Source: Candidatus Giovannonibacteria bacterium
GTDB lineage: Bacteria; Patescibacteriota; Minisyncoccia; JACPKW01; UBA11713
Assembly (NCBI GenBank): GCA_016186825.1
Contig: JACPKW010000007.1
Span: forward strand, 1 to 55,735
Reading direction: 5' to 3'
Length of the DNA stretch: 55,735 nt
The position numbers and the translations under genes were made by a program. The notes beneath the pieces were generated by a model. The model was not told the DNA's origin. It searched no databases and was given only the letters and a program-made list of their open reading frames with translations. Position 1 is the stretch's first letter; every line of letters starts with the position of its first letter. This document shows, in pieces, positions 1 through 10,120 of the stretch.

Positions 1-1
1 A

Positions 2-232
2 CTCTGCCCTAACTGCAGACACTACCAGAGAATCAAACAGCGCAATCCCTTGAAGTTATGGAAAAGAACGTGCCAATGTGCTGGCATCAAATCTTCGAAC
101 AATCTATATAAAAACACTGTCGAACACGAACACGGTTCGAGCTCCTGTCCCAATGAGTTTGAGACGACATATGCGCCTGACCGCCCCGAAATCGTTTATT
201 GCGAGGCGTGTTATTTGAGGGAGGTGGTATGA
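2..232 (+). CDS. 3' end of a zinc-ribbon (CxxC) domain protein of the type common in Parcubacteria, truncated by the window edge
   Basis: Frame is open from base 2: LCPNCRHYQRIKQRNPLKLWKRTCQC...CPNEFETTYAPDRPEIVYCEACYLREVV*. Confidence 0.75.
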   Translation, partial: LCPNCRHYQRIKQRNPLKLWKRTCQCAGIKSSNNLYKNTVEHEHGSSSCPNEFETTYAPDRPEIVYCEACYLREVV

Positions 233-239
233 TAAAGCT

Positions 240-791
240 ATGGTATACGATTTTAAGAAATTAGAAGAAAAAGTAGGAGGAGGAGTGAGGCATTTTGAAA
301 GTGAAATTGCTTCGTTGCGAACCGGGCGTGCGAACCCCGCGCTTTTGGAAGAAATTAAGATTGATGCATACGATACGTCAAATCCTTTAAAAAATGTGGC
401 GGCTATCAATGTCGAAGACGCGCGCACGCTAACCGTTCAGCCATGGGATAAATCACTAATGGAGGCGATAGAGAAGGGGATTCGGGCTTCTAATTTAGGT
501 TTGAATGCAGTAGTTTCAAAAGATTTAATTAGAGTTACTCTGCCACAGCTTACGGAAGAGCGGAGGGGGCAACTGATGAAATTATTAAAAGAGAAGCTGG
601 AAGAGGCGCGGGTTAATATAAGAAAAGCGCGGGATGAAGTTTGGAAAGAGATTCAAGATAAGGAGCGCGCTAAAGAAATTTCGGAGGATGAAAAGTTCCG
701 TCTAAAAGAGCAGATGGAAGAAAAAATTAAAAAAGGAATCGAAAAACTCGACGAAATTTTCGCAAAAAAAGAGCGGGAGATTAAGGAATAG
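240..791 (+). CDS. frr: ribosome recycling factor
   Basis: LRTGRANP, TVQPWDK, PQLTEERR, ARVNIRKAR motifs. Confidence 0.97.
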   Translation: MVYDFKKLEEKVGGGVRHFESEIASLRTGRANPALLEEIKIDAYDTSNPLKNVAAINVEDARTLTVQPWDKSLMEAIEKGIRASNLGLNAVVSKDLIRVTLPQLTEERRGQLMKLLKEKLEEARVNIRKARDEVWKEIQDKERAKEISEDEKFRLKEQMEEKIKKGIEKLDEIFAKKEREIKE

Positions 792-858
792 GGAGTATTT
801 TGTTATTTAATTTCGGTGTTTACTAATACTTTTTCCAAGAGTAAAATAAGCCAATTAT

Positions 859-1935
859 ATGTTCGGAACTATATTGATATTTTTGTTAATCCTTCTGGTG
901 CTCGTGCTTTCACACGAGTTCGGGCATTTTATTATAGCCAAATGGCGGGGAGTCAAAGTTGAAGAATTCGCGTTTGGATTTCCCCCGCGCCTTTTCAGCG
1001 TTAAAAAAGGAGAAACGAAATATTCTTTCAATCTTTTGCCGCTCGGCGGTTATGTAAAAATACCAGGCGAGGATGGAGAAACGGATGGAGATCCGCGGAG
1101 TTTTACAGCGCAGCCGTTTTTAACCAAATTCGGGATCATCATCGCAGGCGTAATTTTTAATTTAATTCTTGCTTACATTCTTATAAGCGCGAGTTTTATG
1201 ATTGGAATTCCGGTTCCGCTTGAAGATGAAATTCAAAACGCTGGAGCGGAAGTGAAAATTGTAGCGGTTGAAAAAGGCTCTCCGGCCCAAATCGCGGGGA
1301 TTGAGCCTGGAGACACGATTCGTAATGTCAGCTTTGGCGGGGAACAATTAAGCATAAACAAAATTACCGAAGTCAGAAATTTTATTTTAGATCACAAAGG
1401 AAAAGAAATTTCGCTTTCGCTTTTGCGCTCGGGAAATGTTATTGAAGCAAAAGCAGTGATTAGGTCCGAGGTTAGGGACGGACAGGGGGCGCTTGGAATT
1501 GAAATGGCGCGAATCGGGATTGAGCGCACCTCAATTTTTGGCGGATTGGCCAAAGGATTTTCGCATACGGCGGATATGACGGTTTTGACCGGGAAAGCGC
1601 TTTTCTCATTTTTTGGGTCGCTTTTCAGCGGCCGCGAGTCGTTTGAATCGGTTTCGGGGCCGATTGGAATTGCGCGCATTGTCAGAGATTTCTCGCGTTT
1701 TGGCTTCATTTTTCTAGTCCAGCTTACGGCGCTTCTATCAATCAATCTTGCAATCATCAACCTTATTCCCTTTCCGGGCCTCGACGGCGGAAGAGCGCTT
1801 TTGCTAATTATCGAGCAGTTAAAAGGCTCTCCCTTTAACGCAAAAGTAACGCGCGCGATTCATGCGACTGGTTTTGCTTTCCTGCTGGCTTTGATAGCTT
1901 TGGTTACTTACCATGATATTGTTAAAATGATGTAG
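859..1935 (+). CDS. rseP: RIP metalloprotease RseP (M50, PDZ)
   Basis: HEFGH, LPLGGYV, PDZ segment, NLIPFPGLDGG. Confidence 0.95.
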   Translation: MFGTILIFLLILLVLVLSHEFGHFIIAKWRGVKVEEFAFGFPPRLFSVKKGETKYSFNLLPLGGYVKIPGEDGETDGDPRSFTAQPFLTKFGIIIAGVIFNLILAYILISASFMIGIPVPLEDEIQNAGAEVKIVAVEKGSPAQIAGIEPGDTIRNVSFGGEQLSINKITEVRNFILDHKGKEISLSLLRSGNVIEAKAVIRSEVRDGQGALGIEMARIGIERTSIFGGLAKGFSHTADMTVLTGKALFSFFGSLFSGRESFESVSGPIGIARIVRDFSRFGFIFLVQLTALLSINLAIINLIPFPGLDGGRALLLIIEQLKGSPFNAKVTRAIHATGFAFLLALIALVTYHDIVKMM

Positions 1936-1937
1936 CG

Positions 1938-3182
1938 ATGAAGCAAAGCCAAATTTTTTCAAAAACTATCCGGGACAATCCCAAAGATGAGGAAAGTGTC
2001 AATGCGAAATTGCTGGTTCGTGCCGGATACGTTGAAAAAGTCATGGCCGGCGTTTACAATTTTCTTCCCCTCGGCCTTAGAGTTTTTAAAAAAATAGAGA
2101 ATATTCTAAGAAAGGAGATGAACTTGCTCGAAGGGGAGGAGATTTTGCTGTCCGCACTTCAACCAAAAGAGAACTGGCTTGCGACCGGGCGTTGGGAGTC
2201 ATATGACACGCTCTTTAAATTTTTGAGCCACTATTCTAAAACAGAATACGTTTTAGGCCCGACACACGAAGAAATTATCTCTCCCTTGGCTAAAAAAAAT
2301 ATTGTCTCATATAGAGATCTTCCAAGATATCTTTTTCAAATTCAGACTAAATTCAGGGATGAGAAAAGGGCAAAAGCGGGGCTACTTCGGGGAAGAGAAT
2401 TTACCATGAAGGATCTTTATTCCTTTCACAGCGATGAAGCGGATCTCGATGAATATTATGAAAAAGTCCAAAAGGCGTATGAGCATATTTTTGAAAAAGC
2501 GGGCATCGGGGACCTTACTTATCTGACTTTTGCATTTGGAGGATCATTTTCTAAATATTCGCATGAGTTTCAGACTTTGACGCCTGCGGGAGAGGACACG
2601 ATTTACATCTGCGATACATGCAAAATTGCGGTCAATCACGAAATAATTGGTGAACAGGATTCATGCCCGAAATGCGGAAATAAAAAGTTGCGAAAGGAAA
2701 CAGCTGTTGAAGTGGGAAATATTTTCAAACTCAAAACAAAATTTTCTGAGCCTTTCGGACTGAAATTCAAAGATGAAAATGATCAGGAGCGCAACGTCCT
2801 GATGGGCTGCTATGGGATAGGGCTGAACCGGCTGATGGGAACAATTGTTGAAATTCACCATGATGAGAATGGAATAATTTGGCCGGAATCAGTTGCGCCT
2901 TTCAAAGCCCATTTGATTTTGATCGAAAATTCCGAAGGCGAGATAAAAAAATCGGCTGATGAAATTTACAATAATTTGCTCGCAGACAATATTGAAGTTT
3001 TGTATGATGACCGCGATCTTTCCGCAGGGGAGAAGTTCGCGGATGCGGATTTGATCGGAATTCCATGGAGAGTCGTGGTTTCCGAAAAAACTTTGCGCGA
3101 AGGCAAACTAGAGCTAAAATCACGGAAGAAAGAAACAGGCGAATTGATTAGCTATGATAATTTTGCAAAAGCAATAAATTAA
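1938..3182 (+). CDS. proS: proline--tRNA ligase, short form without editing insertion
   Basis: GPTHEE, FRDEKRAKAGLLRGREF, MGCYGIG, GEKFADADLIG; 414 aa. Confidence 0.95.
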   Translation: MKQSQIFSKTIRDNPKDEESVNAKLLVRAGYVEKVMAGVYNFLPLGLRVFKKIENILRKEMNLLEGEEILLSALQPKENWLATGRWESYDTLFKFLSHYSKTEYVLGPTHEEIISPLAKKNIVSYRDLPRYLFQIQTKFRDEKRAKAGLLRGREFTMKDLYSFHSDEADLDEYYEKVQKAYEHIFEKAGIGDLTYLTFAFGGSFSKYSHEFQTLTPAGEDTIYICDTCKIAVNHEIIGEQDSCPKCGNKKLRKETAVEVGNIFKLKTKFSEPFGLKFKDENDQERNVLMGCYGIGLNRLMGTIVEIHHDENGIIWPESVAPFKAHLILIENSEGEIKKSADEIYNNLLADNIEVLYDDRDLSAGEKFADADLIGIPWRVVVSEKTLREGKLELKSRKKETGELISYDNFAKAIN

Positions 3183-4240
3183 TGGGAATTTTTGACAGGC
3201 TTTGGGGATATTTTTCCCACGATATTGGAATTGATCTTGGAACTGCAAATACCCTCGTTTACGTGCGCGGACGGGGGATTATTATCAACGAGCCTTCTGT
3301 AGTCGCGGTTAACCAGAAAACGGGGCAGGTTGTTGCCGTTGGAAGCGAGGCGCGAAGAATGGTTGGCAGAACTCCCGCGCACATCGTGGCAGTGCGTCCG
3401 CTTGTGGAGGGCGTCATTTCTGATTTCGAAATAACGGAAGAGATGATTTCTTATTTTATTAAGAAAGTTCACTCCGACACCAATAAATTTTTTGCGCGTC
3501 CGAGAATTGTAATAGGAATTCCATCCGGCATCACGGAAGTTGAGCGCAGGGCAGTCCGCGATGCCGCGAGAAACGCGGGCGGGAGGGAGGTGTATCTCGT
3601 CGAAGAACCGATGGCGGCTGCGATTGGCGTCGGCCTTCCCGTTCAGGATCCCGTCGGCAATTTTGTGGTTGATGTTGGAGGTGGAACAACTGATGTCGCC
3701 GTAATTTCACTCGGCGGAATAGTAGCTGCAAAAAATTTGAGAGTCGCTGGAGATAAATTGAATCAGGATATTATTAATTATGTGCGGGACGAGTTTAAAC
3801 TGCTTTTGGGCGAGCGGACTGCGGAAGATGTGAAAATCGCAATCGGTTCCGCCTGGAAGCTTCCGGAAACGCTCGAGACGCGCGTGCGCGGGAGAGATTT
3901 AGTTACAGGCCTTCCTCGGGAGGTAATTATTACCGATGCAGATGTACGTGAAGCCATGTCCAAATCAGTTAAAAGCATCGCGGAATCAGTTAAAGAAGTT
4001 ATTGAACAAACTCCGCCAGAACTTATTTCCGATGTGATGCACCGCGGAATCGCGCTCGTCGGAGGAGGTTCGTTTTTAAAAGGGCTTGATAAGCTGATCG
4101 AAGTTGAAACAAAAATACCCGTGAAAGTTCCCGATGATCCAATAACTGCAGTTGTAAGAGGAACGGGAATTATTCTTGAAGACGTCGATTCTCTGCGCGA
4201 AGTTCTCGTTGAACATGAGGAAGAGCTCCCTCCAACTTAG
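3182..4240 (+). CDS. mreB: rod shape-determining protein MreB
   Basis: IGIDLGTANT, EEPMAAAIG, DVGGGTT; followed by mreC/D and PBP2. Confidence 0.97.
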   Translation: MGIFDRLWGYFSHDIGIDLGTANTLVYVRGRGIIINEPSVVAVNQKTGQVVAVGSEARRMVGRTPAHIVAVRPLVEGVISDFEITEEMISYFIKKVHSDTNKFFARPRIVIGIPSGITEVERRAVRDAARNAGGREVYLVEEPMAAAIGVGLPVQDPVGNFVVDVGGGTTDVAVISLGGIVAAKNLRVAGDKLNQDIINYVRDEFKLLLGERTAEDVKIAIGSAWKLPETLETRVRGRDLVTGLPREVIITDADVREAMSKSVKSIAESVKEVIEQTPPELISDVMHRGIALVGGGSFLKGLDKLIEVETKIPVKVPDDPITAVVRGTGIILEDVDSLREVLVEHEEELPPT

Positions 4241-4994
4241 GCGCCCTTTCATACGCGGAATAATTTTCACCGTCTTGGGTCTATTTTTGGCGCTCGGAAT
4301 TTTTAGGTTTTTTGTTTTTGAATCAAGCGCGGGTTGGAATACAGTGCTTTCAAATATTTATGAAAAATTTACAATACCCTTCGATTTTTTAGAAAACAAA
4401 ATTTTGGGATTTAAAATCCGCAATCTAGAGAGTGAGTTGGAAGCGGCGCGTTCTTTTAATAAGGAATTGGAAATAAAAAATTCTTTTTTGGAAAGCCGGG
4501 TTAGGGAATTTGAGAATCTAAACGTTTCGCTCGGCGGAAATTTTCCGAGCGGTAAAACCGCTTCCATTTTGAGCCTGCCGCCCCAGAGCCCATTTGATGT
4601 GATACTCGTAAACGCAGGGAAAAATGACGGAATAGGAACTGGCTTAAAAGCAGTAATCAAAGGAGGTATCTTGGTCGGAACAGTCGATAAAGTTTATGAC
4701 AACTCTGCGGAAGTGAAGCTCTTGTCTTATCCGGGACTAAAAACTGAAGGATATCTCGAAGCTTCCGCGCTTAATGTTGCGTTGCAGGGGCTGGGTGCAT
4801 CAAACCTTAAATTTTCCGTTCCAAAGGAAATCGAGTTGAAAACAGGAGACAGAGTAATTTCGAATACGAATCCAGCTTATCTAATTGGAGAGATAGCGTA
4901 TATTAAAAAAGATCCTTCCGAGCCGCTACAGGAAGCCATTTTGCGCTTTCCACTGAACTTACGCAACGAGCGTTTTGTGGAATTTAAACGCTGA
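4215..4994 (+). CDS. mreC: rod shape-determining protein MreC
   Basis: N-terminal TM and coiled coil, ILVNAGKNDGI, GILVGTV, GDRVIS; lies after mreB; ATG 4215 preferred to TTG 4176. Confidence 0.88.
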   Translation: MRKSSLQLRRPFIRGIIFTVLGLFLALGIFRFFVFESSAGWNTVLSNIYEKFTIPFDFLENKILGFKIRNLESELEAARSFNKELEIKNSFLESRVREFENLNVSLGGNFPSGKTASILSLPPQSPFDVILVNAGKNDGIGTGLKAVIKGGILVGTVDKVYDNSAEVKLLSYPGLKTEGYLEASALNVALQGLGASNLKFSVPKEIELKTGDRVISNTNPAYLIGEIAYIKKDPSEPLQEAILRFPLNLRNERFVEFKR

Positions 4995-5437
4995 TGGAAA
5001 GAATATTTATAATTTTTTTGTTAGGAGCGCTCGCATATACTTTCAGCTGGGAATTTTTGGTCGCAGGAATTATTTTTTTTGTAAGCCTCGAATCGAAAAA
5101 TATCGAATATATTTTTCTTGCTCTTTTTTTTGATTATCTCTTGACAATGCCTTTTGCTTTTTTTGCACTGATCACCGCCGTCCTCTATGCGGCTAATCTT
5201 TTTTTTGGGCGGTATTTTAAGGAAAATAACTTGCCGAGCCTCTCAATAAAATTGGGCGTCGGGCTTTTAATGGCGCTTATTGTCATATCCGTTTATCTTG
5301 CGCTTGCTTTTCCGTTTGACGCGCGGGAAATTCTTAAAAATGCAGGATCGTTCGCTCTAAAGGCGCTGGGTTTGCTTATCCCATTGACCTTAATTATGAG
5401 CGTTCTATCTTATAGTGATGAGACGCGATCGATTTAA
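4994..5437 (+). CDS. mreD: MreD-like membrane protein
   Basis: Hydrophobic 147 aa protein between mreC and mrdA; call rests mostly on synteny. Confidence 0.6.
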   Translation: MERIFIIFLLGALAYTFSWEFLVAGIIFFVSLESKNIEYIFLALFFDYLLTMPFAFFALITAVLYAANLFFGRYFKENNLPSLSIKLGVGLLMALIVISVYLALAFPFDAREILKNAGSFALKALGLLIPLTLIMSVLSYSDETRSI

Positions 5438-7352
5438 GGCAAGCTCGCTCGAGCCCGACGAAATTTTTTTAGATTCGAAAAACCTTCCCGGCTTTGATCA
5501 GGAACGTTTTGAAGGAAGGCTTGAACATCCCATTTCCCGAAGCTCTTACGTTTATCTGGTTTTGCTGCTTTTGGCTGTTATCAGCTCTTTTTTATATAAA
5601 TCATTCGAACTTCAGGTTTTAAACGGCGCAAAATTTTGGGCGCGCGCGGAGTCAAACCGCCTGCGAATTGTTCCTGTCTGGCCGGAGCGCGGCTTGATTT
5701 ACGACCGAAACGGGAAAATTCTTGCTTCCAATAAATCCGCTTTCCGGCTGCTCTTGGATCCGTTTTCCATGGAGGGACGAGGTGATCCTGAGAAAATTCA
5801 ATTGCTTGAGAAAGAACTCAAAGAACAAAATAAGTGGGGAGAAGAAAGCATAGAAAAGGCATTGGAAATTGCCCGGAAGAAAAAAGAAAATTTAGTCCTC
5901 ACAACTTTTTATAATTGGAAGGAGATTGATGATTTGGTGCGCAAGCATTCAGAGCTACCCCTAGCGATCGAACCCTTTTCTTCAAGAAGCTATGGCGCCG
6001 GGGAAGCTTTTTCTCATTTATTGGGCTATTTGAGCTATCCCAACGAAGAGGACGTGAAAAAAGAAATAATAGGAAGCTGGCAGGTTCCCGTGGGCAGAAC
6101 TGGCGTTGAATCGCAATTCGAAGATCAGCTTAAAGGAAAAGCTGGATCGAAATTGAGCGAGGTAGATTCGCAGGGGAAAATTTTTTCGGAGTCAGTTGAA
6201 GATTTGCCCGAGCACGGAAAAAATATTTTTTTGACAATTGATTCGGATATCCAAGAGCGGACTTTTGAAAGCCTCAAAAATTCAGTAGATAATCTTGGAT
6301 TCAGAGGCGGAGCGGCCGTAGTCGTCGACGTTAAATCAGGAGAACTTCTCACTTTAACAAGCTACCCGAGTTTTAATGCCGAGATTATGACGAAAGGCGA
6401 GCCTTATGAAGAAATAGGAAAACTTTTTGCAGATGCTTCGAAGCCATTATACAACCGCGCAATTGCCGGCCTTTACCCGTCCGGATCTATCATAAAGCCG
6501 CTGATGTCTGTTGCGGCGCTCGAGGAGGGCGTTATTTCTCCGGAGCGAGAAGTTCTCTCGACTGGAACGCTTACGATTCCGAATCCTTTCCATCCCGGTC
6601 AGCCGAGCATTTTTTATGACTGGAAAGCGCACGGCTGGGTAGACATGCGAAGAGCTTTAGCGGTCTCATCGAACATTTATTTTTATACTGTTGGGGGTGG
6701 ATTTGGAGATATCAAAGGGCTTGGAATAAAAAAAATGCAGGAGTGGTTTGGAAAATTTGGCCTTGGGGAGAAAACGGGAATTGAGCTCGGCGGCGAAAAA
6801 GAAGGATTGGTGCCGGGGCCGGAATGGAAATCAGCAAACGATAAAGATAATCCAATTTGGCGGGTGGGGGACACTTATAACCTTTCGATTGGCCAGCAGG
6901 CTCTGACTGTAACGCCGCTCCAAATGGCAATGTACAATGCGGCGATCGCAAATGGCGGGGCAATTCTGAAGCCGCAAATTCTAAAGGAAGTTAGAGAACG
7001 CGATCGAACCGTGGAATCAAGAAAACCGGAAATCAGGAAAACGATCGCTATAAATGAGAATAATATTAGAGTGGTCCAAGAAGGGATGGAATTAATGACT
7101 CATAGCGGCAATGCGGCGCAGCAGCTTGCGGGGCTAAAAATCAATATGGCTGGAAAAACGGGAACCGCCGAAATCGGATCCGGGAAAACCATAAACTCTT
7201 GGTTCATAGGCTTCCTGCCTTATGAAAACCCGCAGATTGCTTTTGCGGTTGTGCTTGAAGCGGGACCTGCAAACGCTCCGGTCGGCGCTACCGGAGTCGC
7301 AAAGCAAATTGCCGAGTGGCTTTCCATTTATCAGCCGGAGCTGATTCGCTAG
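5418..7352 (+). CDS. mrdA: penicillin-binding protein 2
   Basis: PERGLIYDRNG, SxxK (GSIIKP), SSN, KTGTAE. Confidence 0.93.
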   Translation: MRRDRFKASSLEPDEIFLDSKNLPGFDQERFEGRLEHPISRSSYVYLVLLLLAVISSFLYKSFELQVLNGAKFWARAESNRLRIVPVWPERGLIYDRNGKILASNKSAFRLLLDPFSMEGRGDPEKIQLLEKELKEQNKWGEESIEKALEIARKKKENLVLTTFYNWKEIDDLVRKHSELPLAIEPFSSRSYGAGEAFSHLLGYLSYPNEEDVKKEIIGSWQVPVGRTGVESQFEDQLKGKAGSKLSEVDSQGKIFSESVEDLPEHGKNIFLTIDSDIQERTFESLKNSVDNLGFRGGAAVVVDVKSGELLTLTSYPSFNAEIMTKGEPYEEIGKLFADASKPLYNRAIAGLYPSGSIIKPLMSVAALEEGVISPEREVLSTGTLTIPNPFHPGQPSIFYDWKAHGWVDMRRALAVSSNIYFYTVGGGFGDIKGLGIKKMQEWFGKFGLGEKTGIELGGEKEGLVPGPEWKSANDKDNPIWRVGDTYNLSIGQQALTVTPLQMAMYNAAIANGGAILKPQILKEVRERDRTVESRKPEIRKTIAINENNIRVVQEGMELMTHSGNAAQQLAGLKINMAGKTGTAEIGSGKTINSWFIGFLPYENPQIAFAVVLEAGPANAPVGATGVAKQIAEWLSIYQPELIR

Positions 7353-7399
7353 GAAAAATCAGCCAAAGACTATCCACAGACGAGATTTATCAAAAACCG

Positions 7400-7427
7400 T
7401 TGACAGTCAATTTGTTTCTGATATACT
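7400..7427 (+). promoter_or_regulatory. sigma70-type promoter of greA-lysS
   Basis: TTGACA (7400-7405), 16 nt, TATACT (7422-7427) with extended TG. Confidence 0.7.
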
Positions 7428-7446
7428 TCTCAAAACCTAAACGAAA

Positions 7447-7923
7447 ATGCCAAATAATGTTGAAAATTCAGAGTATTTAAGCGAGTCTGGTTTCCAGCGT
7501 TTAAAGGAGGAGCTTCAGCAGTTAAAAGAAGTTAGGCGCAAAGAAATCGCAAGCCGCCTAGAATATGCGTTGAGTCTTGGAGATATTTCTGAAAACGCAG
7601 AATATTCCGAAGCTAAAGAAGAGCAGCTTACCTGCGAAGCGAGGATTTTGGGGTTGGAAGATATTTTGAACAGAGCGGTATTGATTTCTCATAAAAATGA
7701 CGGCTTCATTAATCTCGGAGCCACGGTGCACGCGAAAAAAGAAGGCAGTGAACAAATTGAATCTTACTTTATTGTTGGTTCAGAAGAAGCAAATCCGGCA
7801 GAAAAAAAGATTTCCAATGAATCTCCACTCGGCAAATCATTCTTAGGAAAAAAGAAAGGGGACATCGTTTCCGTATATACACCCAAAGGCGAGATGCGCT
7901 ATCATATCATTGATATCGCATAA
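7447..7923 (+). CDS. greA: transcription elongation factor GreA
   Basis: LGDISENAEY, ISNESPLGKS. Confidence 0.97.
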   Translation: MPNNVENSEYLSESGFQRLKEELQQLKEVRRKEIASRLEYALSLGDISENAEYSEAKEEQLTCEARILGLEDILNRAVLISHKNDGFINLGATVHAKKEGSEQIESYFIVGSEEANPAEKKISNESPLGKSFLGKKKGDIVSVYTPKGEMRYHIIDIA

Positions 7924-7938
7924 TAAACTCAACCGCGG

Positions 7939-9438
7939 ATGGGACTCGAAGATTTAAGAAAAACTCGCATAGAAAAACTTGAGCTTTTAAAAAAGGCGGG
8001 GGTGAATCCATATCCTGCCAAGTCTGTTTTTAAATTGTCAGAGATTTCCGAACTCCGTAAAAATTTTAGGAAACTTGCGAGTGCGCGAAAAAAAATTGCG
8101 CTTGCCGGAAGAGTTATGGCAAAGCGGGGGCATGGCGGTATTTTTTTTGTTGATTTATTTGATGGTTCCTACGTGCTCACCACAAGTGGTTTGTCAGTTG
8201 CAAGTGATAACAGTAAACTGCAGGTCTTTTTTGCAAAAGACAAAATAGGCGATAAATCATTTGAATTTTTTTCCGAGAGTGTCGATGTTGGCGATTTTAT
8301 TGCCGTTGAAGGCAAAGCTTTTTATACGAAGAAGAAGGAAGCGACTATTGAAGTTTCGAATTGGGAGATTCTCACGAAGTCATTGCTGCCGCTTCCTGAA
8401 AAATGGCATGGGCTTTCCGACAAAGAGGAAACGCTTAGAAAAAGATATCTCGACATATTATTTAATTCAGAAACGCGCGAAATGATTCAGAAAAAGGCGC
8501 TCTTTTGGAGCGCTGTTAGAGAATTTCATTTGAAACATGGATTTCTTGAAGTGGAAACGCCTGCGCTTGAAGTAACAACGGGAGGGGCTGACGCACGGCC
8601 GTTTGAAACGCATCACAACGCACTCGATATAGATGTTTATTTAAGAATTTCTGCGGGAGAGTTATGGCAGAAAAGATTAATGGTATCTGGGCTCAAAAAA
8701 ACTTTTGAAATTGGAAGAATTTTCAGGAACGAAGGAATGTCAGCTGAGCACCTGCAGGATTATACGCAATGTGAAGCTTATTGGGCTTATGCAAATTTTG
8801 AAGATATGTATAAGTTTTTACAGGAATGCTATCGCTTCGTTGCCAAAAGAACTTTTGGCACTCTTAAATTTAAAATCAGTGATTTTAATGTCGATTTGGG
8901 TAAAAAATGGCCCCTTGTTGACTACACAGATGAAATCAAAAAACAGACCGGGATTGATATTTGGAATTCGACTGCAACAGAAATGGGAAAAGAATTGAAC
9001 AATTTAAATATAGAGTATGATGTTTCTAACAGATTAAGGATGATCGATGCGCTTTGGAAATACTGCAGGAAAAACATTGGGGGCCCCGCAATTTTGATAA
9101 ACGAACCGAAGGCGATGTCGCCCTTGGCAAAATCCTCACCAAAAAATCCTAAAATTACCGAGCGTTTTCATTTTCTGATCGCGGGATCAGAAATGGGGCA
9201 GGGGTATAGCGAATTAAATGATCCGATTGATCAAAGAGAAAGATTTGCTGCTCAGCAAAAATTGCGCGATGCAGGAGACGCGGAAGCGCAAATGGCCGAT
9301 TTTGATTTTGTGGAAGCGCTTGAATACGGCATGCCTCCGACAGCAGGGCATGGTTTTTCAGAGCGTCTATTCAGTTTTTTGATTAACAAGCCTGTGCGCG
9401 AAGCGCAAATTTTCCCGCTGATGAGGCCGAAAGAGTGA
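7939..9438 (+). CDS. lysS: lysine--tRNA ligase (class II)
   Basis: LPEKWHGL, GGADARPF, FRNEG, YSELNDP, YGMPPTAG. Confidence 0.97.
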   Translation: MGLEDLRKTRIEKLELLKKAGVNPYPAKSVFKLSEISELRKNFRKLASARKKIALAGRVMAKRGHGGIFFVDLFDGSYVLTTSGLSVASDNSKLQVFFAKDKIGDKSFEFFSESVDVGDFIAVEGKAFYTKKKEATIEVSNWEILTKSLLPLPEKWHGLSDKEETLRKRYLDILFNSETREMIQKKALFWSAVREFHLKHGFLEVETPALEVTTGGADARPFETHHNALDIDVYLRISAGELWQKRLMVSGLKKTFEIGRIFRNEGMSAEHLQDYTQCEAYWAYANFEDMYKFLQECYRFVAKRTFGTLKFKISDFNVDLGKKWPLVDYTDEIKKQTGIDIWNSTATEMGKELNNLNIEYDVSNRLRMIDALWKYCRKNIGGPAILINEPKAMSPLAKSSPKNPKITERFHFLIAGSEMGQGYSELNDPIDQRERFAAQQKLRDAGDAEAQMADFDFVEALEYGMPPTAGHGFSERLFSFLINKPVREAQIFPLMRPKE

Positions 9439-9473
9439 TCCAACGAAGTCAGTTAAACTGATCTGTTTCCTTT

Positions 9474-9497
9474 AAATCGCCTTCGGGCGGTTTTTTT
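9474..9497 (+). terminator. intrinsic terminator after lysS
   Basis: AAATCGCC-TTCG-GGCGGTTT followed by a T run. Confidence 0.85.
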
Positions 9498-9502
9498 GTT
9501 GG

Positions 9503-9606
9503 TTTTCCACAGAGAAACCCTTTTAAATATTTGCACGTTATATAAAAGTGGGATAAAATGAAATAAAAGTGGTAAATTGTGGATAATTCTGTGGATATGT
9601 TGATAA
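9503..9606. promoter_or_regulatory. cluster of DnaA-box-like 9-mers
   Basis: TTTTCCACA 9503-9511, TGTGGATAA 9578-9586 (perfect), TGTGGATAT 9590-9598, TGTTGATAA 9598-9606. Confidence 0.55.
9531..9595 (+). promoter_or_regulatory. mraZ promoter with GTGG direct repeats (MraZ boxes)
   Basis: TTGCAC(9531)-17-TAAAAT(9554); GTGG at 9548, 9569, 9579, 9591 with ~10-nt periodicity upstream of mraZ. Confidence 0.7.
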
Positions 9607-9683
9607 CTACAATTTACCTTTGAAAATAAACGATATATTAGACAAATCTCACAATAATATAGCTCGAGTATGGCTCGCGAATC

Positions 9684-10118
9684 ATGTTCATAGGCGAATA
9701 CATCCATAGCATGGATGCCAAGAAACGCTTGGCAATCCCGGCTAAATTTAGAAAGGAATTGGGCAAAAAAGCTGTGCTCGCGCGCGGGCTTGATTCATGT
9801 TTGGCTTTATATCCGATAGATGAATGGTCAAAAGTTGCTTCAAAACTCGCCGAGCTTCCGACAGGACAGCGCGATGCGCGGAGTTTCGTAAGGCTCTTTC
9901 TCTCTGGCGCCGCAGAGGTTGAATGCGATCAGCTTGGAAGAATTTTAGTCCCGGAATATTTGAAAGATTATGCAAAACTTGGTGAGGAGATCGTGGTTAC
10001 GGGAGTCTTCAGGCGAATCGAAATCTGGAACAAAGAGCGCTGGGAAGAGTACAAAAAGAAAATTGAAGGCTCCTCTGATGAACTGGCAGAAAAATTGGGT
10101 GAGATTGGAGCTTACTAA
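9684..10118 (+). CDS. mraZ: transcriptional regulator MraZ
   Basis: MFIGEY, DAKKRLAIP, DQLGRILVP, IEIWN. Confidence 0.97.
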   Translation: MFIGEYIHSMDAKKRLAIPAKFRKELGKKAVLARGLDSCLALYPIDEWSKVASKLAELPTGQRDARSFVRLFLSGAAEVECDQLGRILVPEYLKDYAKLGEEIVVTGVFRRIEIWNKERWEEYKKKIEGSSDELAEKLGEIGAY

Positions 10119-10120
10119 AC

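Noticed and set aside
9440-9683. Replication origin at the DnaA-box cluster
   Set aside because: No dnaA/dnaN nearby and genes on both sides are on the same strand; it cannot be fully excluded without GC skew.
9453-9707. 84-aa minus-strand ORF upstream of mraZ
   Set aside because: Overlaps a terminator, promoter and operator repeats, and has no recognisable motifs.
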